From Clostridia bacterium (lineage in GTDB: Bacteria; Bacillota; Clostridia; UMGS1883), in NCBI GenBank assembly GCA_051866635.1, contig JBJDXJ010000009.1:1-64000 (forward strand): a DNA stretch of 64,000 nucleotides. Reading direction: 5' to 3'. The notes beneath the pieces are model-generated. The model did no database searches, was not told the DNA's origin, and saw nothing but the letters and a program-made list of their open reading frames with translations. A program made the position numbers and the translations under genes. Of the stretch, positions 48,601 to 57,359 are shown piece after piece. Numbering within the stretch: the stretch's first letter is position 1; each line of letters opens with the position of its first letter.

Positions 48601-51600
48601 GTGACGACCTTCTTAACTGGTCCGAGCAGAGAATGGTAAAAGTTTCTGACGAGAATATGGGTTGTACATGGGCACCTGAGGCAATATATGACGAAGAAAA
48701 CAAGAACTACCTTGTTTACTGGTCCTCCCACCGTGCAGATTTGGGAGGTAAGAAGGTTGTGCAGTGTGCCACAACACGTGACTTTGTAACATTTACCGAG
48801 CCTGAAATATTTGTTGGCGGTGACGGCGAAATCAGTGTTATCGACACAACAATGATAAAGGGCGACGACGGAAAATACTACCGCTTCACAAAGTATGCTG
48901 ACAAAGTAAGAGTATTTATGGAAGTGTCTGATTCTCCCACGGGACCTTTTACTGAGGTAAGTAGCAATGTTTATGATATTTATGGTGTTGAAGGACCTGA
49001 AATATTCAAATTGGAAGGCACAGATAAGTATTGCCTGATGCTAGACAGCTACACAGGCGATCTTGGTGCAATCGGATTTTTCCCCATGGTGACAGATGAT
49101 TTATCAAGTGGCAATTTTACACGCTTGACAGAAGGCTATAAAATGCCCACAGGTGCAAAGCACGGCGGCATACTCGCAATAACTGAGGATGAATACGCAT
49201 CTATCATGAAAAAGTGGGGACCACTTCCCGATGATGAAAATGTTATTGAATATAAATTTGACGGAAGCGATGAAAACCTTACACTTTACGGCAATGCAAA
49301 GTTAGAGGGTGGTACCCTTGTACTTGACGGAACAAGCTCTACATACGCAAACCTTGGAAAAGGTATTTTTGACAGACGTGAAAAATTCACTGTTTCAATG
49401 GACTTGTACAATGAAACAGAATCGGGATTTTTCTTTACCTTCTCCATAGGCGATACAACAAGCGACTATCTGTTCCTTCGTACAAGAAAGGAGCAGGTGC
49501 GTCTTGCACAGACAATATCCGGAAATACATACGAAGAAGCTGTCAATGTAGCGGTTTCAGATAATGTAAACAAATGGAGTAATTATACAATTGTAGGTGA
49601 CGGAGAAACATTAAAGCTTTATATTGACGGGGTTCTCTCAGGTGAAGCGAATACAACAAAAACATTGTATCACTTGGGCGAAAACCTTAGTGTAAACTTG
49701 GGTAAATCCACATTCTCAGCGGATAAATATTTTAAAGGTAAATTTGAAAATGTGAAGATTTTCAACCGTGCACTGACAAAAGCGGAGGTTATAGCATTAT
49801 TAGGTGATGCAGAAAAGCATCTTGAATACGATTACGACAATTTATCAATACTCAATCAGGACGAAATCACATGTGATTTGATGCTTCCTTCTGAAGGTGA
49901 AAGAAGCGGTTGTGAAATAACATGGAAATCCTCAGATACAAGCGTTATTACAGATGCCGGTATTGTAAATAGGTTTGACACAGACAAAAAGGTTACAATG
50001 ACGGGAACCTTAACTCTTGGTGAAACTGTACTTGAAAAGAAATTTGATGTAACAGTTCTTGCAAAAGAAGAAGATTATGCATATCTCTTTGCATATTTCA
50101 CAGGAAGTGCGGCAAGTCAAGAGAGGCTTTTCTACGGCGTTTCAAAGGACGGCTACAACTTCCGTGCGTTAAACGGCGGAAACAGCGTTTTAACAAGCGA
50201 CCTGGGCACAGGCTGTATCCGTGACCCCTTTATCATGAAGGGCGAGGACGGCTATTACTATATCATAGCAACGGATATGAAGTCCTCCTTAGGTTGGTCC
50301 AGTAACTACGCAACAGTTGTGTTTAAAACTCCCGACCTTATAAACATTGTTGATAAAGAATGGATTAATTACCGTAATTTTAAAGCAACTGCAAACTGTA
50401 CACGTGCGTGGGCACCCCAGGCTATATGGTGCCCCGAAAAAGAGGCATATATGGTATATCTCACAATGGAAATGCCCGACGACGATTACCCAACAGTAAT
50501 GTTCCGTCATTACGCAACTGATTTGTGCGACGCAAGTACATATACAGAACCCACTCTTATGCTAAATCGCCCTGAAAACATAAACTCTGCAATTGACGGT
50601 GATATTATTTACGATAAGTTCCACGATGAATATATTATGTTCTACAACGGTAAACAGCTTGCGGTAAGTAAAACCTTAAGCGGAGAATGGACACATGCAA
50701 AAACGAAGTATTCCGACGGTCAGCTCCCCATGGTTACATCGACCGGAGCCTCCATGGCTGTTGAGGGCAGCAATATATGGCAGATTATAGGTCGTGATAA
50801 GTGGGTAATTGCCGCAGACGGCACAGCGTTCAACGGCGGCTGTTACGCACTTGTTGAAACAGAGGACTTTGAAAACTATACTCAGCTTTGGGCAAGTCGC
50901 GGCGATTACTCCTTCGACTTTACACCACGCCACGGCTATGTAATACCCATAAGCGAAAGAGAGTTAAATAATCTGTTTACGGCTTACGGAACCGTGGAAT
51001 TTCCCGAAGATAAAGCATTTGACCTTAATATCGACCTTTCACAAAAAGGCGTTGATATAAACGAGGATATGTACGGAATTTTCTACGAGGATATTAACTA
51101 TGGTGCAGACGGCGGATTGTACAGCGAAGTTATTGAAAACCGTTCCTTTGAAGCGGCACATTGTAACCCTGATAAGGGAGAAGCTTATACAAAGATTCCT
51201 TCATCAGGCTGGACAGTTACAAACGCTACGGCAGAATATCTCTCAGAAAACCCCTTGAACGAAAATAACACGACATATGTCCGTCTTACAACGCAAAATG
51301 GTTCCACCTTAAGTAACGAATGTTACTCGGGCTTTAAAGCAAGTGACGGTGAAATTTTTGACGTAAGTTTCTTTGCTCGTGGAAACTACACGGGAAAAAT
51401 CACAGTTTCAATTGTAGAGGGCGAAAATGTTTTAGGAAGTAAGGAATTTACTATTAACAGCACTGAATTTAAGAAGTATTCAGGCACATTACAGGTAAAG
51501 GGCGAATCTGCTACCGCTACAGTCAAACTTAGCTTTGATAAAGAAGGCACAATTGACATGGATATGATTTCCGTAATTACACAAAACACCTTTAACGGTC

Positions 51601-53870
51601 GTAATAACGGATTAAGACGTGATATTGTTCAAGCCCTTTACGATTTACATCCTAAGTTTATGCGTTTCCCCGGTGGCTGTGTTGTGGAAGGTTACTACCT
51701 TGACAACCGCTACAAATGGAAGGAGTCTATCGGTCCTGTAGAAGAAAGAAAGGAAAACTGGAACCGTTGGCAGACAGGCAGTAACGCTTACGACTACTGC
51801 CAGACTTTAGGTCTTGGTTTTTACGAATATTTCCTCCTTTGCGAAGACATAGGTGCAAAGCCACTTCCCGTAGTAAGCGTGGGCATTGGTTGCCAGTATC
51901 AGTCAGGTGAAGTATCAAGCTGGGACGACTTGTACAATATCTATATTCAGGATGCAATTGACCTTATTGAATTTGCAAACGGCGACCCCAAAACAAATAA
52001 GTGGGCGGCTATCCGTGCCGAAATGGGTCATGAAGAACCCTTTAACCTTGAATACTTAGGAATAGGTAACGAACAGTGGTATACAGACGCTAACCGCTTC
52101 TTTGAGCGTTATGAAGCATTTGAAGAAGAAATCCACAAACTGTATCCCGATATTAAATTAATTTCCACATCAGGTCCTTCAGCAGACGGAACGCATTACG
52201 ATAACGCCTGGAACTGGCTTAAATCCCATAACGGTGAAGAAAACTTCACATATGCGGTAGATGAACATTATTACCGCACACCCGAATGGTTCCTTGATAA
52301 TGTTAACCGATACGACTCCTACGACAGAGAAGGTTTTGGCGTGTTTGCAGGTGAATATGCGGCAAACGGCACTTATGGCAACACTCTTTATTCAGCCATT
52401 GCCGAAGCGGCATATATGACAGGTTTAGAAAAAAATGCCGACATTGTAAAACTTGCTTCCTATGCACCGCTTCTGGCAAAGGAAGGCTTTACACAGTGGT
52501 CCCCTAATCTTATATGGTTTGACAATACTACAGTTTATGGTTCACCTGACTATTATGTACAGAAAATGTACTCCGAAAATAACGGTTCGTATACTGTGAA
52601 AAATGAAGTTAGTGTCCATGGAGAGGAAAAGGTGTATAAAGCAGGTGTAGGTACATGGTCAACTGCCGCACAGTTTAAGGATATTACAGTTACAGACGAC
52701 AAAACAAATGAAACTACCAAGCTTGTACTTGGGGAAACAACCCTTGGTACATGGACAGAAGACGAGGGCGTTTACTCCCAGACAAGCACAAGTGCAAACG
52801 GTGCATTTAATATTGCACCTGTTACTAAAAACGGATATACACTTAGCCTTAAGGCTATGAAAACAGGCGGTAATGAAGGCTTCCTTATTCCCATAAAGTA
52901 TGTTGACAATAATAACTACATTTTCTGGAATATTGCAGGCTGGGGCAACACACAAAGTGCTGTTCAGAAAGTAGACAACGGAACAAAAACAAATATTACA
53001 TCATATGTACCTATAGTTGTTGAAACAAATACATGGTATGATGTTTCCGTAAAGGTTACGGAAGATACTATGTACTGCTACTTAAACGGAGAGCTTATTC
53101 AGTCGGCATTTATTAATAAAACGGAAGGCCCCGTTTACAGCAGTGTTTCAGTTGACGAAAAATCAGGGGATATTATCGTAAAGCTTGTAAATTCTTCCGA
53201 AACAAAGGCAGATGTTAACGTAAAAATTGAAAATGCAGAATATATTGCACCCCTCTGCGACGAATATGTTCTTACAGGCAATGCAAAGGGTGACAGAAAC
53301 TCACTTGCAAATCCTGAAAATGTGCGGGAGGTTAAGGGAATATTTACAGGTGCCTCCGATAACTTTACATACGAAATGACAGGCTTAAGCTTTGTAGTTT
53401 TAAGGCTTCATACAACAGAAAGTTATGTTACAGAAGTTACCTCTGTTACTGTAAATAACCCTGAAAACCTTCCCGAAAATGTATTGGTTACACTTTCTGA
53501 CGGTTCAAAGGAAGAAAGGAAGGTAACATGGCAGAAGGGCAGTGAGGGTGCATACTGTTACGGCGGTTCATATACCGTTGAAGGTGATGTTGAACAAAGT
53601 AATGTTAAAGCTATTGCCACACTTAACATTCCCACACACGGTATGGTAGAATTTACAGGTGATAATACTGCACATGTTTACACAAGGGAAAATACTACTG
53701 TACGAATTGCGGTATACAATGATGAGGGAGCACTCATAAGCATAGAAACAAAGAAAATTGACGGCGAAGAGGACATTGTATTTACAGCACCTGAAAGCGG
53801 CAAGGTAAAGATTATGCTTTGGAGTGAAAATATTACCCCCATGGAGAAAACTTTTGAAAAAGTATATTAA
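45624..53870 (+). CDS. Giant secreted multi-catalytic glycoside hydrolase (three GH43/clan GH-F-like modules, LamG, Ig-like domains, GH51 alpha-L-arabinofuranosidase)
   Basis: Signal peptide. Three propeller motif sets: ADP...WAPE...DEGP, RDP...WAPE...IDT...EGPE and RDP...WAPQ...IDG...EG. GH51 motifs FYEDINYGADGGLY, RFPGGC, GIGNEQW, GEYAA, SYAPLL. Confidence 0.82.
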   Translation: MKKLTALLLVLAMTLTFMPVISLGTETTQTAESISAFSWNFETNAQNGTLPTVVSWGNYRAAFMSFEIPEEILSYKDETVIINATLSANMTFNNGRVSGQAPFVTIVEADGDAIASADMGGGSDTTNTLKAAWAEGKVLGTIDTLKEDVSTVMDITEIVKGGKTKIGLYLTCRSEDGYLKTNGIVNFNSPSLEITVTKVDEDYYLNSLNIPYNISEGYILPKSIGGMDIVWSESEIKAEGETVYKKLTASINNKTKDFDVMIMGENDKFIAAYTTEDSVAVGNSMHLAIKTETGWEELNFGIGVLFASADLSDETSAGTTKVLEKPYIYRKDNGKIGVSARCMKLDGTKDEFLTLWETDDLVHFETVGTAENVDGYETVDRVEVEGINGTVSSVFPITDSEYEYLTKKLMEVKNTSVEPIILSTVPGKAISKLPSLTANYSDTSKGEIPVKWNEEELNAIDFNKTGIYTVTGQAQVADYPSPMFYGEADPVIYNYNGKYYFIATNETGSQLDLYIRCADTIDELETAEEVLIFKHTSSGDHSGCNWAPELHVINGELYCLFASSTTGSWNAVQSRIMKCTGDPMNINDWEAPVMVTRKDGSSLIDEGITLDMTYFESKGKHYYAWAERPITSQGNGNSYIAIAEMDPSDPYRITTDPVIIRIPEYGWDRRTTTVDEGPHVLKHEGKIYMSFSGSGCDNTYCLGYLIADEDADLLNKDSWRVTNYPVLASEHVAGEYGPGHNAFAKDEYGRDIIIVHMKPNGGTRSGTVRTIHYGFDGTPILYMTADRYLKSEYRNVTATIYVRDEDVTDEEFELESIVNNLTIHNADNIKEHITLPTEIDGATILWSSDNSAVTNDGVVTRGNEDVRVNLTALVSKNGLTKEKVFTVTIKAKRETHDKVGYIYAYFRGSVNGEKEVQQIHLAISDDGLNWRDLNGNFPVIESKMGTKGLRDPYLIRSYEGDKFYLLATDLDANGGDWTQYGENGSRYLMIWESDDLLNWSEQRMVKVSDENMGCTWAPEAIYDEENKNYLVYWSSHRADLGGKKVVQCATTRDFVTFTEPEIFVGGDGEISVIDTTMIKGDDGKYYRFTKYADKVRVFMEVSDSPTGPFTEVSSNVYDIYGVEGPEIFKLEGTDKYCLMLDSYTGDLGAIGFFPMVTDDLSSGNFTRLTEGYKMPTGAKHGGILAITEDEYASIMKKWGPLPDDENVIEYKFDGSDENLTLYGNAKLEGGTLVLDGTSSTYANLGKGIFDRREKFTVSMDLYNETESGFFFTFSIGDTTSDYLFLRTRKEQVRLAQTISGNTYEEAVNVAVSDNVNKWSNYTIVGDGETLKLYIDGVLSGEANTTKTLYHLGENLSVNLGKSTFSADKYFKGKFENVKIFNRALTKAEVIALLGDAEKHLEYDYDNLSILNQDEITCDLMLPSEGERSGCEITWKSSDTSVITDAGIVNRFDTDKKVTMTGTLTLGETVLEKKFDVTVLAKEEDYAYLFAYFTGSAASQERLFYGVSKDGYNFRALNGGNSVLTSDLGTGCIRDPFIMKGEDGYYYIIATDMKSSLGWSSNYATVVFKTPDLINIVDKEWINYRNFKATANCTRAWAPQAIWCPEKEAYMVYLTMEMPDDDYPTVMFRHYATDLCDASTYTEPTLMLNRPENINSAIDGDIIYDKFHDEYIMFYNGKQLAVSKTLSGEWTHAKTKYSDGQLPMVTSTGASMAVEGSNIWQIIGRDKWVIAADGTAFNGGCYALVETEDFENYTQLWASRGDYSFDFTPRHGYVIPISERELNNLFTAYGTVEFPEDKAFDLNIDLSQKGVDINEDMYGIFYEDINYGADGGLYSEVIENRSFEAAHCNPDKGEAYTKIPSSGWTVTNATAEYLSENPLNENNTTYVRLTTQNGSTLSNECYSGFKASDGEIFDVSFFARGNYTGKITVSIVEGENVLGSKEFTINSTEFKKYSGTLQVKGESATATVKLSFDKEGTIDMDMISVITQNTFNGRNNGLRRDIVQALYDLHPKFMRFPGGCVVEGYYLDNRYKWKESIGPVEERKENWNRWQTGSNAYDYCQTLGLGFYEYFLLCEDIGAKPLPVVSVGIGCQYQSGEVSSWDDLYNIYIQDAIDLIEFANGDPKTNKWAAIRAEMGHEEPFNLEYLGIGNEQWYTDANRFFERYEAFEEEIHKLYPDIKLISTSGPSADGTHYDNAWNWLKSHNGEENFTYAVDEHYYRTPEWFLDNVNRYDSYDREGFGVFAGEYAANGTYGNTLYSAIAEAAYMTGLEKNADIVKLASYAPLLAKEGFTQWSPNLIWFDNTTVYGSPDYYVQKMYSENNGSYTVKNEVSVHGEEKVYKAGVGTWSTAAQFKDITVTDDKTNETTKLVLGETTLGTWTEDEGVYSQTSTSANGAFNIAPVTKNGYTLSLKAMKTGGNEGFLIPIKYVDNNNYIFWNIAGWGNTQSAVQKVDNGTKTNITSYVPIVVETNTWYDVSVKVTEDTMYCYLNGELIQSAFINKTEGPVYSSVSVDEKSGDIIVKLVNSSETKADVNVKIENAEYIAPLCDEYVLTGNAKGDRNSLANPENVREVKGIFTGASDNFTYEMTGLSFVVLRLHTTESYVTEVTSVTVNNPENLPENVLVTLSDGSKEERKVTWQKGSEGAYCYGGSYTVEGDVEQSNVKAIATLNIPTHGMVEFTGDNTAHVYTRENTTVRIAVYNDEGALISIETKKIDGEEDIVFTAPESGKVKIMLWSENITPMEKTFEKVY

Positions 53871-53871
53871 G

Positions 53872-53914
53872 AAAATGAAAAGAGACCTTCCAAAAGAGGG
53901 TCTCTTTTCATTTC
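53872..53914 (+). terminator. Terminator of the giant GH gene
   Basis: AAATGAAAAGAGACC...GGTCTCTTTTCATTT. Confidence 0.8.
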
Positions 53915-53970
53915 GGTATATTCATATTTGAAAACACTTATTTACTCAATTTATGAGAAGTCATAAAAAT

Positions 53971-54011
53971 GTCTTGATTATTATAGCGCACTGCGCTATA
54001 ATAATCAAGAC
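53971..54011. promoter_or_regulatory. Perfect 41-bp palindrome forming a SigA-type promoter on both strands, containing two GCGC sites
   Basis: GTCTTGATTATTATAGCGCA-C-TGCGCTATAATAATCAAGAC. TTGATT (53974-53979), 17 bp, TATAAT (53997-54002). GCGC at 53986-53989 and 53993-53996. Confidence 0.8.
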
Positions 54012-54033
54012 GAAAACCTTTGGAGGAACTATT

Positions 54034-55014
54034 ATGATTAATATAGAAAACAAGTATTTTGATGGAATGACATTTATTGATTTATTTGCTGGATTGGGTG
54101 GGTTTAGATTGGCATTAGAATCATTAGGTGCAAAATGTGTTTATTCAAATGAGTGGAATATTCCTGTACAGGAAGTGTATTATGATAACTTTGGTGATAT
54201 TCCCGAGGGCGATATAACAAAGGTCGATGAAAAAACGATACCTAATCATGATATTTTATGTGCGGGGTTTCCGTGTCAAGCCTTCTCTATAAGTGGAAAG
54301 CAGAGAGGTTTTGAAGATAGTAGAGGTACTTTGTTTTTTGATGTTGCCCGTATTGTTAAAGAAAAAAAGCCAAAAATTGTATTTATGGAAAATGTCAAGA
54401 ATTTTGCCACACATGATGGTGGAAAAACATTAGAGGTTGTAAAAGCCACAATGGAAGAATTAGGCTATGTCTTCAAACAAAAAGTGTTAAATTCAGTTGA
54501 TTATGGAGTTCCGCAAAAAAGGGAAAGAATATACATGGTATGTTTTAGAAAAGATGTGAAAATTAATAATTTTTCTTTTCCGAAGGCAATTAAACTTACT
54601 AAGCATGTTGAGGATTTTTTATTAGAGGATACATCTTTAACTGAACATCTGTTTGTAGATAGACCTGATACTTATTACAGTGGTATAGAGGACAATGTCT
54701 ATAGTGAAAAATCAATTAGGTTAGGAACTGTAAATAAAGGTGGACAGGGAGAAAGAATATATAGTACTAAAGGTATAGCTATAACATTTTCAGCATACGG
54801 TGGTGGTGTTTTTGCAAAAACAGGCGGTTATTTGGTGGATGGTAGACCCAGAAGATTACATCCAAGAGAATGTGCCAGATTAATGGGATATCCCGATACT
54901 TACAAAATTAGTAAAAAAGTAAATCAAGCGTATCAGCAGTTTGGAAATTCTGTAGTTGTAGATGTCCTTCAATACATTGGAATAGAAGTGGGAAAAGCCC
55001 TAAAGGATGATTGA
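54034..55014 (+). CDS. C5-cytosine DNA methyltransferase, M.HhaI-like (predicted GCGC)
   Basis: FIDLFAGLGGFRLALES, AGFPCQAFSISGKQ, MENV, PQKRER, QFGNSV. TRD KGGQGERIYST...SAYGGGVFAKTGGY matches my recollection of M.HhaI. Start ATG 54034 with GGAGG. Confidence 0.9.
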   Translation: MINIENKYFDGMTFIDLFAGLGGFRLALESLGAKCVYSNEWNIPVQEVYYDNFGDIPEGDITKVDEKTIPNHDILCAGFPCQAFSISGKQRGFEDSRGTLFFDVARIVKEKKPKIVFMENVKNFATHDGGKTLEVVKATMEELGYVFKQKVLNSVDYGVPQKRERIYMVCFRKDVKINNFSFPKAIKLTKHVEDFLLEDTSLTEHLFVDRPDTYYSGIEDNVYSEKSIRLGTVNKGGQGERIYSTKGIAITFSAYGGGVFAKTGGYLVDGRPRRLHPRECARLMGYPDTYKISKKVNQAYQQFGNSVVVDVLQYIGIEVGKALKDD

Positions 55015-55309
55015 AATGAATGAAGTGGAATTTAGAAATTGGTTGTTAAAAAATAGTGGTTCTAAAAAAGTTCAAAGTGATATTGTTTCCAGAATTAAAA
55101 AAATAGAACGAGAAATAGAAAACTGCGATATTGATGAACAATATCGCAGGGATAGATGTGAATACTTAATGTCATTATTTATAAACATGGGAATCAACAA
55201 TGAGATGGATAAATATCCTAATGCCAATTTTCCTATTGGAGCGTATTATATGAGCACATTTCGATATGCAATAAAACAATATGTACAATTTTGTGATGAA
55301 TGTTATTAA
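55007..55309 (+). CDS. Hypothetical 100-aa helical protein coupled to the methyltransferase
   Basis: Overlaps the MTase 3' end and the endonuclease stop. No family recognised with confidence. Confidence 0.6.
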   Translation: MIEMNEVEFRNWLLKNSGSKKVQSDIVSRIKKIEREIENCDIDEQYRRDRCEYLMSLFINMGINNEMDKYPNANFPIGAYYMSTFRYAIKQYVQFCDECY

Positions 55310-56100
55310 TCATTATATAGTTCTGCTTCGAATTTTCTTAAATCGTTAATATCTTGCGACTTAATCAATTTGATAGAAAATATAACATTCATTTTATATG
55401 TGTTGGACAACTTTCTGACTTCATATTCATTTTGTGTTCGTTTGGAGAGAAGAAATGTAAAATTACCTAAACCAAATTTGTCTGTTATTAAGGCATCTGT
55501 TATCTTGACATAGAGTTTTTTGCCTTCGTGAGCATACGTAGCAGATGGATACAAACGGCTAATTGTGTTTTTGACAATAGGCATATCCTTTATTGCCGGC
55601 ACTCCTGAACCACTTTTCTTAATGCGATAAGTGGCATTAATTCGAAAATATTGATTAAATTTGTGTATGGGCAGTATAACATAATCTCGACCACGGCTAA
55701 TAACATATTTTACATTTTTACTTATGTAGTGACCAATAATCCAATCGGCGAAGACGTTGGCATCAATGTCTAATGATTGTCCGGCAGTTCCTGCATTATT
55801 GAAACGATGAAAATCGTTGTTCATATACTGAATCATAATTGCGGTCATTTCGTTTGGTTTACTATGGTTTTTTGGGGAAAACACAAATATTTGTGATTTT
55901 TCATCGGGATTAAGGACAAATTGTCCGGATTGAGCGGTAGAATCTTTAACTTCAATATAAAAATCTGTTATCCCGTTTTTGAGAACTGCGATATCAGATT
56001 TCGTAGAATCCATACCTCCTTCTAAATGGAATATTGCGTTAGGGTATGTTCGTTTTAAATATTCATAACAATCATTTTCAAATTTCTCGCCCGGTTTCAT
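55306..56100 (-). CDS. Type II restriction endonuclease, R.HhaI-like (PD-(D/E)XK)
   Basis: FE..C..YL, DST.SDI, FYIEVK...Q.GQFVL, YRIKKSGS and LSNT...NVIFSI match my recollection of R.HhaI. Confidence 0.75.
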   Translation of the reverse strand: MKPGEKFENDCYEYLKRTYPNAIFHLEGGMDSTKSDIAVLKNGITDFYIEVKDSTAQSGQFVLNPDEKSQIFVFSPKNHSKPNEMTAIMIQYMNNDFHRFNNAGTAGQSLDIDANVFADWIIGHYISKNVKYVISRGRDYVILPIHKFNQYFRINATYRIKKSGSGVPAIKDMPIVKNTISRLYPSATYAHEGKKLYVKITDALITDKFGLGNFTFLLSKRTQNEYEVRKLSNTYKMNVIFSIKLIKSQDINDLRKFEAELYND

Positions 56101-57077
56101 TGGTTACCTCCTGTGATTTTTAAAAAATCAATAATACTTTTTCCTAAAGCTTTGATTACGGTTACTGTCATTGCATTTCCTGCTTGCATTAATAAATGTC
56201 TATCCGTAACTTTATTCTTAACTTTGTCAGCATATTCTTTGGGAAATCCTTGCAACAGCAATGCTTCATATCCTGTTAATTGGTGTATAATACCATCTCT
56301 AACATAGAGTACACCGTCTCTTTGAGCTCGTAAAGTGGGACACTTATCTTTATATATACGCAAGTCGTTCATGCGTGTATCAATTATTCTTCCCTCCATA
56401 GATTTTATATCATCTATTGTGTATTTTCCCATATTAACAGGATTTTTTAAATAATAGTTCAATATATTCAAGCGACTATCATCTGCAGTATGATTGTCAA
56501 TTAAAAAATCTGATAACAATGGGGGTTCAATTTCTTTAGGCCACTCAAATTTAGAATAATCTAATTTGAGTGATTTTTTAAATCCAATAAAATACACTCG
56601 TTGTCGCATTTGAGGCACACCGTAGTTAAGACTTGTCAGTACTCGATAAGAGGTGTCATATCCAACGGAGTTTAATTCCTCTAAAATTGTTTTTATTGTT
56701 TTACCGCCATCGTGAGTTACCAAGCCTTTAACATTCTCTAATATGAAACACATAGGTTGTGCTTCCTTAAGTATTCTTGACAATTGAAAAATAATTTGAC
56801 CTCTATCATCTGAAAACCCTTCCTGCCTTCCGATAACCGAAAAAGTTTGACAAGGGAAGCCTGCTATAAGTAGATCAAATGCAGGAATTCTATCCGCTGT
56901 AATTCTTTTTAGATTTCCATAGTTCAGTTCGTTCTCAGTATTGTGCATGAGACGATAAGTTGTGTCGGCTAATCTACTTGTTTCTGAACGCCCAACGCAT
57001 TTAAGACCAGCTTTTTCTAAACCTAATCTACCTCCGCCGATTCCTGAACAGAAATCGAAAAAAGTGTTAATTGTCAT
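56097..57077 (-). CDS. Second C5-cytosine DNA methyltransferase, M.Hpy99III-like (predicted GCGC)
   Basis: DFCSGIGGGRLGLE, GFPCQ, LENVKG, QMRQR, QAGNAM. TRD DTRMNDLRIY...PTLR resembles the H. pylori GCGC MTase as I recall it. Start ATG 57077 with GAGG. Confidence 0.82.
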   Translation of the reverse strand: MTINTFFDFCSGIGGGRLGLEKAGLKCVGRSETSRLADTTYRLMHNTENELNYGNLKRITADRIPAFDLLIAGFPCQTFSVIGRQEGFSDDRGQIIFQLSRILKEAQPMCFILENVKGLVTHDGGKTIKTILEELNSVGYDTSYRVLTSLNYGVPQMRQRVYFIGFKKSLKLDYSKFEWPKEIEPPLLSDFLIDNHTADDSRLNILNYYLKNPVNMGKYTIDDIKSMEGRIIDTRMNDLRIYKDKCPTLRAQRDGVLYVRDGIIHQLTGYEALLLQGFPKEYADKVKNKVTDRHLLMQAGNAMTVTVIKALGKSIIDFLKITGGNQ

Positions 57078-57294
57078 TATTTTTATCCTCATTTATAAAA
57101 AGTTTATATGTGTCAATTTCAAGTGCATCTGCTATCCTTTGTATGTTCTCCAGTGAAATACTTCGTCTACAACACTCTACTGCACTAATATATGTACGGT
57201 GTAACTCACATTTTTCAGCAAATGCTTCTTGAGAAAGCCCTATTTGTGTGCGATATTTCTTTACATTTTGTGCAAACACTTTTAAAATATCCAT
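57067..57294 (-). CDS. XRE-family HTH controller (C) protein
   Basis: NVKKYR...GLSQEAFAEKCELHRTYISAVE...SLENIQRIADAL. First gene of the C-M-R operon. Confidence 0.85.
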   Translation of the reverse strand: MDILKVFAQNVKKYRTQIGLSQEAFAEKCELHRTYISAVECCRRSISLENIQRIADALEIDTYKLFINEDKNNDN

Positions 57295-57317
57295 AGATAC
57301 ATCACCTCACTCTAATA

Positions 57318-57359
57318 ATTATACAGTTTTGAACACAAAAAGTCTACATACAATAAGTA
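57318..57359 (-). promoter_or_regulatory. C-box pair overlapping a SigA promoter
   Basis: Minus strand TACTTATTGTA-TGTA-GACTTTTTGTG (11-4-11 layout of PvuII-type C-boxes). TAGACT, 17 bp, TATAAT. Confidence 0.65.

Noticed and set aside
53953-54033. N-terminal extension of the M.HhaI-like methyltransferase
   Set aside because: It runs through the promoter palindrome. The RBS and homology begin at ATG 54034.
54034-57077. Type IIS explanation for the two methyltransferases
   Set aside because: The nuclease and both target-recognition regions resemble enzymes for the palindrome GCGC. This rests on recalled sequences and needs a REBASE check.
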